A stretch of 64,000 bases of DNA from Takakia lepidozioides. Its lineage: Eukaryota > Plantae > Bryophyta. This document shows, in pieces, positions 36,540 through 46,104 of the stretch (positions within the stretch are counted from its first letter, which is position 1; the number at the start of each line of letters is the position of its first letter). The position numbers and the translations under genes were made by a program. Below the pieces are notes generated by a model. That model saw only the letters and a program-made list of their open reading frames with translations. It made no database searches and was not told the origin of the DNA. Where the stretch lies: NCBI GenBank assembly GCA_030704615.1, contig CM060732.1:66588001-66652000 (forward strand). The letters run 5' to 3'.

Positions 36540-37495
36540 CACGAGTCAGCACAGGCCGTCCACAGGTCAACACGGGCCACCACAGACCAGCACAGGCCCA
36601 CACAGCTCACAGGTCGCAGCCGTCACAGCCCCACACAGGCCACAACCTGTCACAGCCCTACACAGGTCACAGGGTCACAGGGTCACAGCCCCACAGGCAC
36701 AGCCTGTCACAGCCTGTCACAGCCCGTCACAGCCCCACAGGCCACTGGGCACAGCCGGACACAGCCCGCCACAGCCCCACAGAGCACATGACACAGCTTG
36801 TCACAGCCCCTCACAACCTGTCACAGCTCGCCACAGCCTGTCACTAGGCACAGCCTGTCACAGCCCTACACAGGTCACAGGGTCACAGCCCCACAGCCGC
36901 AACCTGTCACAGCCCCAAAGGCCACATGTCACAGCCTGTCGCAGCCCATCACAACCCCAAAGGCCTCAGGCACAGCCTGTCACCCCTACAAAGGTCACAG
37001 GGTCATAGCCCCAAGGGCCACAGCCTATCACAGCCCCTCACAGCCCCATAGGCCACAGGGCATAGCTTGTCACAGCCGTCCACAGCCCGTCACAGCCCCA
37101 CAGGCCACATGGCACAGCCTGTCACAGCCCTTATAGCCCGTCACAACCCCACAGGCCCATAGGGCACAGCCTGTCACAGCCCCTTATAGCCCGTCACAGC
37201 CCCACAGGCCACAGGGCACAGTCCCTCACAGCCCGCCCGTCACAGCCCCACAGGCCACTGGGCACAGCTTGTCATAGCTCGTCACAGCCCATCACAGCCC
37301 ATCACGGCCACAGCTCGCCACAGCTTGTCACAGCTTGTCCGATCCCGTCACAGTCCACAGGCCACAGGGCACAGCCTGTCAAGCCCCTCACAGCCCGTCA
37401 CAGCCCCACAGGCCACTGGGCACAGCCTGTCACAGCCCCCTCACAGCCCATCACAGCTCGCCACAGCTGTCACAGCCCCACAGGCCACTCATGAC
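36540..37495. repeat. Degenerate minisatellite of ~9-10-bp GTCACAGCC(C/T)/CCACAGG units in the inner element's 5' leader
   Basis: Dozens of imperfect CACAG-containing units; shorter inverted copy at 29118-29340. Confidence 0.9.
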
Positions 37496-38916
37496 AGTTT
37501 AGCCATTTCTCCAAGGGGTTTAGCCACGCCAAACTAGGGTTTGTGTCTCTTGGACTCTAGGCTTCTTTGCACCGAGCTATGGCGGCTGTGAAGAAATCAG
37601 CAATGTATTCTTGCTCTTTCGGCTCCCACACACCACCAATAGTAGCCCTAAGCCATGAGGAAGATGGTTGCCACAAACCAAGCCTTCTTTCTCACTTAGA
37701 CTCCCCAAACACGCCACTAAACTCAATGGCAAACAACCAAGCCTTGCTGGTTTCCAGCCCTGTGGGCACTCATTCAAGCGTTTCCCTTGGCCATAACATC
37801 TGTCTTAGAGCCTATTCCAGCCCCCTACACCTGCCACTTCAAGAGCCATGCTCTATCTAGGCTTGAGGTTAAAACCCCAACTCAGAACACGCTCTACAAG
37901 TGTCGGACTATCACATAAGAGCAAATCAGCCCCTTACCTTCTCTTCTAGTTCTCTAAAGCTTGAAAACAAAAGCCCAATAGACTGAAGGCATGCTCCACA
38001 CATGCCCCACTCTCACCACCAGAGAATCAGCCCCTTTGCTTTCTTTCTTGCATCCACCAACCTGAAAATACACGCTTCAGCGGGCTGGAAGCATGCTCCA
38101 CACATGCCCTACAGGGAAACCAACCCTTTCCTTCCTTTCTTGCTTGCCCTCCAAGCTTGAAGATGGAAGCTTCAATGAGCTGAATACATGCTCCACACAT
38201 GCAACCTCTTCACACAAGAGGTATCAGCCCCCTATCTTGGCTCGTTAGATCCTTGATGCTCTCTAAGACAAGACTAAGTAGTCCACAGCCCTTGCCAAGC
38301 TCCTGAAACCCTAAGGCTTACATTTCCAGCCACAAGACACTCCTCTTGTGGTGCAAGAGCTCTTCTTCCAAGCTCTGAAACCCTAGGTGCACATTCCATG
38401 GCCTTGCCGCACCTCTTAGCTCCTGTTCCAGCCCTGCTCTTGCCATGACAAGAGCCTTCTCAATGCTGAAGCTCGATATTGAAACCCACTCTCAACATAC
38501 TCCACAAAGTGCACTGATTTGCCCCAAGCCAAATCAGCCCTTTCGCTTGGTCTTGCAATCCTCACACAATGAAAGCTCGCATTCCCAAGTCCAGTTCTCA
38601 GCTTTGCACCAAAGCCCTATAACCTGCTCTTGACTGGTCCTCTTCCCAATCGTGCTTGCTCATGCATGTACACAATCTAAAACCATCAAGGTGCTCTGGA
38701 ATTACCTGCAGCATGGTGCTTTCATCTCTGAAGCTGAAGATCGAATGCCAAGGTCTACCGCCTCGTAACCCACATCGCCTCCCGCTTCTAACAACCAAGA
38801 GCTCCACGGTGCTCCTTGCATGACAACCTGGTTTCTCTCATTCTCAAGCAAAAACCACAAGTGCTACAACTAACTCGTATCTGGCACTCACAGATACGAG
38901 CTCATCTTTCTCGAGT

Positions 38917-39232
38917 GATAAAGAAGAAGAATACAAGCACGAGCTCACAAATCTGAAGCATAAACTCATGCATATATAACCTCATCACTCAAATACAAGT
39001 CAAGTCAAGTGCACCCCACGCCATGGGGAATCCACACTACGGCGCCATAGCTAGGCGCGGTGAGGCTCAACTCGAGAAAGATGAGCCTCCCACGCTTGCC
39101 GTGAAGATAACCATTCCAGGGCCTAAATCTGCCTTGACCCCTGGATTGACACTTGGGCCAATCCCAAATGTCAATATGTAAAAGCTAGTTATTTCCTAGC
39201 TAGTTTCACACTAGTGATAAAATAACTTGACG
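38917..39232 (-). repeat. 5' terminal repeat (X) of the inner element
   Basis: Near-identical to 27959-28274. On its internal side lies a 17-nt tract (38900-38916) complementary to 39070-39086. Confidence 0.92.
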
Positions 39233-39591
39233 GGCGTGTCGAGGACCAATTCAGGGCGTTCAACCGGAGCACCAAGAGGCGGATAATCAATTTCAACCAC
39301 CAGGCTAGGATCAACTGAAGCACGCACGATGCTGGCAAAAATCAACTCAAAATGACCAGCGGGATTTTCTTTGTACGCATTAAGCTCAGCGTCAGTTGAA
39401 GGATTAGAAGACGAGGCCATTGCCGCAGGTTACAAAAACGCAAGCAGATACTGTGAAAGCCAGGAGCAAGCAAAAACACGAGCGAGAACTGAAATAGTAG
39501 AGCGCCGCCATGGCAAGAGTGTCAGTGTACAGCTACCTGACGTACAAAGAAGGAATGTGCAGCTAATGATTAATAAAATCCTGCAACCCCT

Positions 39592-39600
39592 TCTCCACCA
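39592..39600 (-). promoter_or_regulatory. Probable tRNA-Ala primer-binding site of the outer element
   Basis: TGGTGGAGA immediately follows the 5' LTR on the sense strand, complementary to a ...UCUCCACCA tRNA-Ala-type 3' end (9-nt match only). Confidence 0.6.
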
Positions 39601-40100
39601 AGATTCTCGCCCACCCCGTTATTCCTCTTCCTCTACGGGTATTGAGCTATCACGGGGATGTGTGCTCGGTAAAACAAACTAGCAAGATAGGCAGGATCCA
39701 ACGGAGAGTAGTCAGAATCATTCACATGGATTAACAACACATCCTCACTCACACCTTCTTCATCCAAAACTCACACACAGGTACACTAGGGTTTACACAT
39801 CAAACGTACACTGCCACCTTAAGTGTTGTTTTTATCTCTTTTATAAACGAAGGCCCACAATCTCATCTAACCAAGTGGCAAGCCTTGATTGGTTATTTAT
39901 ATTTCATTCGGGTGTCTGTTCAGATAGGATGCCACCTCATTCTATTTTAGAGATAAACTAGCTGTTAATATAAGACAATACTTAGTTTAAAAATAGATTG
40001 TTTCCAGCTGGTTTCATCCAAGCCCTTTTCCAACGGTCATCATCGTGCGTCTGTTCATCCAAATGTCGAAAAGGTAGATAGAAGGAATCTAGCCATTACA
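39601..40100 (-). repeat. 5' LTR of the outer element (lacks the terminal GGCTTTACA, so no CA before the PBS)
   Basis: Matches 20820-21318. The sense strand starts TGTAATGGCTAG and ends ...AGAATCT directly into TGG. Confidence 0.92.
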
Positions 40101-40527
40101 TCATTCATGAAATTTTTTGCGCCTAATAATAAAATCAATCAATCAGAAAATTAGGCATGTTTTGAAAACAATTTCTCAAATTAGGCATCTTCATCCTATT
40201 ATTTTTTTAAATTAGGCACATGAGAAGAGAAAACATTTATTTTCTGGTCATTGGGTACACTGGTTTTCAAATTGGTATGCTGGTGCATGGTGAAACCTCT
40301 TACACAATGGTACTCTTGAGTTGTGGTAGGCTGGTAGGCTAGTTATTTTCGCAAGCATATATTTGTATTCATTTTTGTTCAAAGAAATTTTGATCTTATT
40401 ACAAACAACATGAGAAGAGGCTTGCAAGTATTTTGGTGGAATTTTTGGGCATTAGGCACTTTAGTCCCATAATTTCCGTTGTTTGAGAACAGCGGAGCCC
40501 TGACAAATTTTATTAATAAAAAATAAC

Positions 40528-42143
40528 TCAGGAAAAAACAACCATAAGGATGATAAAGGAGACACTGCCCCGTGGCCAAATCTGAGAGAGGCTGCAGGAG
40601 ACTAAGGATGAGTAGGTCCATAGCAGCGAGACAAGACTACAGAGGCTCATTGATTCTGCATCCAGAGGATTCAAACGAGAGGTGAACTTTGGATTTGCCC
40701 TTTCTGGAGGTTCTCTTATGCATCCAATCCCTATCTGATTCTTCCTGCTCCATAGATAGTTGGGCGCTAGTGGAGCTGCCAACATGGCGGGATGCCGTCG
40801 TTCCAGACAATCGATGAGTCTGATGTCCTTGTGCAGATGATGTTCCCTTTCCCCAGGCGTTATCAAAGCCAGTGAAAAGCTGTTATCTCCTTCGTTGCGC
40901 ACATCGAGGCAGTCTCCCACCATTTTATCTGGCCAAATCTGAACTGTGATAGGTATCAGGGTGGATGTCCATGCCCTTTTCCAGGAAAGCAGTGGGAATG
41001 GTGGAGGTGCCCCATTCTGCCATCCTGCATACTCTTAGTTTTAAATCATTATAAGAACAGTCAAACTCCCGTATCATATCTCCAAAGCCCCTACATGCTT
41101 GAAGAAGAAAAGGGTCTGTCCACCAGGACAGGGTTGCGGCTACGCATAACAAAAGTTACAAACTGCTTCGATCATCTACTTTCAGGTTAAACTGTCTCTA
41201 TATTTGAGTGGGAGCCTTTGATACCCATTGTATTGTCGTATTATCGATCTTGAATCGAGTTATCTCTGCTTTGACCCAATCTAGAGCATGGTCAACTGCG
41301 AGTTTCCAGTGGGAACCACTTGTAGGCAGCTCAGTTTTGCCAACCCCCAATAAGGACCTCCTCCATTTGCTTATGTCTAAAGCATGGTCACCATCGACTT
41401 TGCAGCGGGAACCATTTGTGGGCAGCTGAGCTTCCATACACAGAGGAAGGAAACTCCGCAACGACAAATATAGGTCATAGCCAACATGAGCAGGACAATA
41501 CAATGAATAGGTTGGTACCAGCCTATACATACAGGAGTGGCTCCAAAACACTTGCAGCTTGTGACCTTCAGGCAGACTTTCATATGCTAACCATGACTAA
41601 TCAAGCAGATTAAACCTGGCAGATATATCACAGCGAAAAGGATATCCAACAGGGTTACAGCGCAATCAAATACAGCCTTATGCAATGGATGGAAAGAGGA
41701 AGAGTGCATGAACATTCCAGCATATCCGGAAGGAGCTCATCGAGGGAGGAGGGATGTAGATTACAGTACTGTATGGCCATAAAACAAACCTCTTTGAGCA
41801 AGATTTGTATAGTTTCTACTCAGATAGCCAGTGAAGGACACAGTTTTACAGGCCTATGCCTACCTTAGGTGTTCCTTGAGACTGGGGAGGCGTCATAGAC
41901 ATCACTTGCAAGGATCTGGGGCATGGCATTGCCAACCTGGAAACTCATATTCAGCTCCACAGTCAGGTCCGACAACTCTTCTGCATGATGTGAGTCACCG
42001 TAGGGAGAATGGAGGGCCTTGAGTGTGGCATCTCCGAGCAAGAGAGCAGCCATTCCTGTGCCTCCAGACAAGCGGAAGTAACACAGACCAAAGAAAGGCC
42101 AGACTACTGCATCTACATTCCTACCTTCATCCATACTGTACAT
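40528..42143 (-). pseudogene. Decayed coding sequence of unknown family downstream of TAF15b
   Basis: Chain of protein-like ORF pieces (41865-42143, 41198-41551, 40925-41152, 40528-40923) separated by stops and frameshifts; partly duplicated at 6500-7440. Confidence 0.4.
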
Positions 42144-42563
42144 TTAATAGCTTAAAAAGGTCAGTATTCAAAGACCAATCTCCAAGTGTGGCTCATAGGG
42201 TCCCACAAGCAGCAGCCAAGTTCAAAGACCTATATTGATTATCACAACTTTTTGAGAGTGAAAACAATAGATGCAGCCCAAAAAGGCTGGCAGGTTGAGG
42301 CCATATCCACTATTCAAGTGAGCTCCACCTTCTGCAGATGATCCTCCTCCCATGACATCTCCCACTTACAAAACATGCTCAAAGGCCCAATATTCCTTCT
42401 ATCAGTACCGTGTCCAAAGCCATCCTCTCCCCTGTGCACAATGCAACTGATGGCGCACTACCGAGTAAGAACTGACAGAAGGAGGAAATCCTATTGAGCA
42501 CGGCTGGCACTCCATCATCACACTTGCCTAAGGCACAATCCCAAAAACTGCTCTGACGTTAAA

Positions 42564-43505
42564 TTAGTAAGGGCGAGAACGGTTGTAACCCCCGCCCTCT
42601 CGTCTATCCGGACCACCACCACCACCCCCCCGCTGACCCCCTCGAAACCCTCCCCCACCTCTAAATCCTCCACCCCCAGGCGCCAGAGGTCGAGGTGCAG
42701 ATTTTGCAGCCATTGTGACCTTTATCTTGTGGCCTCTCAGTTCATAGTTGTTGAAGAACCCGCCTGCAGAGTGTGCTGCTGAAGGATCTTCATAGCTCAA
42801 CACAGCATCTCCCTTATTTTTACCTGCTTCGTCCGTGTAAATCTTGATATTCCAAGGCCATTGATCCTTGTAACCCCGCTTCTGCTTCAGCCGTGCCACC
42901 TGACCGATACCCCCAAAGAGCTCCCGGAGCTCATCTTCTTTCACATCCAGCGGCAAGGCTGAGATGTAGATTCTTGTATTGTCACAAGATTCATTACAGT
43001 TTTCATCACACTGTTTTACTTCCACATCTGCTGCACCCCCTTGAATGTTAGTATCCTCTCTCAGCTGATCATGGTAACTGCTGCGGTTGTCATTGAACCC
43101 TTTACTTTGGTCTCTGTCATTGTTCCTCCCATTCCTTTCTTGATTCCCTCCATAGCCAGCAGGGCTGTCCAGGTTGCCACCACCACCCTGGCCTCCATAG
43201 CCACTGCCTTGGTCGCCATACCCAGCAGCCCCAGTCTCCACTCCTGCAGGTTTTCGCATCCCACACTTGTTGCACTCCATCCTCCTTGCAAAGTTGTTGT
43301 TCCCACAGTTGGTGTTGGGACACGTCCAGTCACCACTTCTATCCCCACTGCCACCTCCCCGGGGTCGGCTGTCATATCCACCGCCACCTTGATTGCCCCC
43401 TCCCCTCTGAAAGTTGCTACGCTGGTCCCCTCTTGACCCCCGGTCTCCTCCGACGTCAGGTATTCCATCCCGATATCTACCTCCCATGTTTGAGTAGTTC
43501 GACAT
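42564..43505 (-). CDS. TAF15b: FET/TAF15-family RNA-binding protein (RGG, RanBP2 zinc finger, RRM, PY-NLS), 313 aa, intronless CDS
   Basis: GDWTCPNTNCGNNNFARRMECNKC zinc finger; CDNTRIYISALP...GFFNNYELRGHKIKVTMA RRM; C-terminal RSRPY; ATG at 43505; possible 5'UTR intron at ~43551-43874. Confidence 0.9.
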   Translation of the reverse strand: MSNYSNMGGRYRDGIPDVGGDRGSRGDQRSNFQRGGGNQGGGGYDSRPRGGGSGDRSGDWTCPNTNCGNNNFARRMECNKCGMRKPAGVETGAAGYGDQGSGYGGQGGGGNLDSPAGYGGNQERNGRNNDRDQSKGFNDNRSSYHDQLREDTNIQGGAADVEVKQCDENCNESCDNTRIYISALPLDVKEDELRELFGGIGQVARLKQKRGYKDQWPWNIKIYTDEAGKNKGDAVLSYEDPSAAHSAGGFFNNYELRGHKIKVTMAAKSAPRPLAPGGGGFRGGGGFRGGQRGGGGGGPDRREGGGYNRSRPY

Positions 43506-45089
43506 TTCAAAACCCTTTTTTGAACACAACACAGCTGAAGTTGATCCACCTGTTACAGCCTAACAACAGAAGCAGAGCAAGGATCCACAAACGAAGTCAT
43601 GATTCTTGAAAAACTGCGAAGGAACATTAAAAAACCAACTGTCTCATTCCCAATGTAAATGTAAATGGCTGGGAACTCATCGCGAGCTCATCGTCCTCCA
43701 ACTCTTGTGCGCTTAGCTTCCAGTAAACTGAAACCCTAAAGTACACAAGCCCGGTGCTCTTTAAACCAAATCACCCCAAACTCTACCGACTCGCGTGATA
43801 TTAGAGCAGATCTGACCTGATGGCCCATTGAACTGTCCAGCGAGCCACCAATGTTTGACGAGGGAAATACCAACCTTACACACTGATGCACAAATACATT
43901 TTCACTCGCTAGTTGGGCTTGGTTGGAGACGTCTCCAACAACCAGACTAGCACTGGCAGACTAAAGCCCCTATAATACATAGCATGACGACAGGGTGGAC
44001 TGTTTTGGCAGTCAGTGTCCACTGTGAAGGGACGTACTTTAGATGCCAGAAGAGTCAGGAACTTCTTCAGTTTTCTTCGAATTTGATAGCGGGAGAAGAT
44101 ACTCGCGAATTTCCACTAACTTCCGGTCCAGTCTCACAGTGCAGCTTGCCTTCACAATCTTTAAGCAGCAGGTCGCAGTTCCGAAACAAACCCGCAGTTC
44201 TAGCCCCACACAATTGAGCCACCCGAATGAAAAAGGAGAGGCAGAAGGGTATCGATCTTACAGGAACTGCAAAGTGTTCCACATGGCCAACCCTCCCACC
44301 GAAACACGTCTAAGCTCTCAGAGTTGCTTATATCCAGCTGATACCAGGTCGATTGAACCAGCTTACTAACGCAGCCACATCCTGCACTCACATTTCTGCG
44401 GCGTCCAAGAAGTGGATGCCATGACAGCAATCAAGAAGGTAGAGAAACATGAACATCGACATGACCATCACTCTGTGCAGATCCTGGAAAACCTCAACCT
44501 ATCCAGCAACGCCAAACCCTAGCTTTTTCTTTTCCGTTCTTTTTTCTGCAAGACTCTCTGCCGTCAAGTGCGTCCGTCCGTTTTTTATATATACATATAT
44601 ATCTAATTAATAAATTATTTTATTTATTTTAAACAGGGGGTAGAGGCCTTGGTGATTTATTGAAGGTGCAAAACAGTACAGAGGAGGAAAAAATAACCTC
44701 CGATGAGGTGTATCACAAGGGGAAGCACCCTGCACTATGACAGAGGGGGGGGGGGATAGTGGGAGTCTAGGCTGTCTAGCAAAGAGCAGGGAATATCAGT
44801 GATGTAGAAGTGAAGAGAAGAAGTGGTCTAGTGCTGCATCATATATAGAGTTTGGCACATAAAATCCTGCAGCATCAGAACAACGATTGCTCACACCCCA
44901 AAATCTAGGTGGGCCTTGGATTTCGCATCCTGTAGATTGAGATGTTTCCGATTGACATCAAGACCATCCGATTCAACCGGCGATTTGCCATGCCCGGGGG
45001 ATTTCATTGTGCCACTGGACTCTCGATTCATCCAGCCTGGTGCACAAAAGGTCATCTTTGCCCCAGGTGATGTCGAAATCCGCGAGAAG

Positions 45090-45358
45090 TTGACGACTCC
45101 TAACGCTAGCTTGTTACGAAGCTTTTGTAAGATGGGTTCATAACGCTGATAGTCAGTTAGCCCTATACCAATGTGAAAACCCAACAGCGTATGTACCTCT
45201 CCCGGCTGGAGCCACTTGAGCCCTATGTCCTGACCCCATCTAAGTCCCTGCACAGGGCGTGAGGTAGCAGACATCTCCGTAAACAAACCAACCGATTTGT
45301 TCCAATTTATTTTGAGACCCGAGGCTTCGCAAAAAAATTGCAGGGCTTCTCTGGCGCC
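45090..45358 (-). mobile_element. L1-clade LINE ORF2 (RT C-terminal region) fragment
   Basis: AREALQFFCEASGLKINWNKS...LLGFHIG...ILQKLRNKL, the typical SGLxIN.xKS / LG motifs. Confidence 0.75.
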
Positions 45359-46104
45359 AACTACTATTTTGACTAAGTAATCTTAATGGTCTTTCTACGG
45401 TACTTATTACACCTCATTGCCACCATGTCTGCCACATGTATGTCAAAGGGAATGCCACGTAATAGAGTCCACCAGAATTATTAAATAAATAATAGATATT
45501 AAGGGCTCTTCTTACGGATTCTCTCACACAGATTTAACACCAGGTTTAAGACGTGGTGTGATCGCAATGACACTAGTGTGAATACTGTCATATCCATTGT
45601 TTTGTTCCTATTGGACGAAAAGTAAACAATTATTATTTGTTGACAAATGCCAAAATGAATAGTCATATTATTCTTATTCTTATTATTCTTATTATTCTTA
45701 TAATAAATGGGATAGCACCCCAAAAGCCATTGGCTGCTTGATTTAATATGTAATATATTATTATTTTAGAATTTTTATTTGTTTTGTTTCATTTAAACAA
45801 AAGCTTATTTAAAACAGGGATAATAATTGTATTATTAACCACATTGACCAATAGTAATGTTATTAATATTAAATATAGCAAACAACCAGCAAAATACCAC
45901 ATTCATGTCTACACAAGAAAAATTTGGCTTGATGTGGGAAAATGAAGTTGCCCTTGAACAAGGGGATCTTGTGATCATACATGAGAATAGCAAGAGCATC
46001 AATTCAAAAAATATTGTTCATGTGAGAAGAGCTGTTTTGTTCACCTGTCTCAGCAACCCTCAATCCATAAAGAAAACTAAACTAAACTTGTAGCACCTTC
46101 AATA

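Larger units (their letters stand above)
27814..39232 (-). mobile_element. Nested Gypsy-like retrotransposon (gag, protease, DNMT remnant, PHD-tailed integrase remnant) with split/permuted LTRs and internal inverted rearrangement
   Basis: Plus-strand repeat order Y(27814-27958) X(27959-28274) GC Y(28277-28421) ... X(38917-39232). 4-bp TSD GGCG (27810-27813, 39233-39236). Ends TGT...GAC(A>G). Confidence 0.9.
20811..40100 (-). mobile_element. Ty3/Gypsy LTR retrotransposon (outer element, degenerate) with permuted terminal repeats
   Basis: TGTAA...TTACA termini; 4-bp TSD TCAT (20807-20810, 40101-40104); ~500-bp direct repeats 20820-21318 and 39601-40100; gag-PR-RT-RH-IN order on the minus strand. 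Confidence 0.93.

Noticed and set aside
36508-37537. Ser/Gln/Pro/His-rich ORFs
   Set aside because: Translation artefacts of the CACAG minisatellite.
27814-39232. DIRS/PAT/Ngaro tyrosine-recombinase element, suggested by the split direct repeats
   Set aside because: It has an aspartic protease, TG...CA-type ends, a 4-bp TSD and a PPT-like tract, and no recombinase motifs are visible. The catalytic core is deleted, so this is not fully excluded.
45571-45585. CACTAGTGTG as the left TIR of the CACTA element
   Set aside because: It matches the right end (CACTACTACAGAAA) in only 5 bp, and the 3-bp flanks (TGA vs CGG) do not form a TSD.
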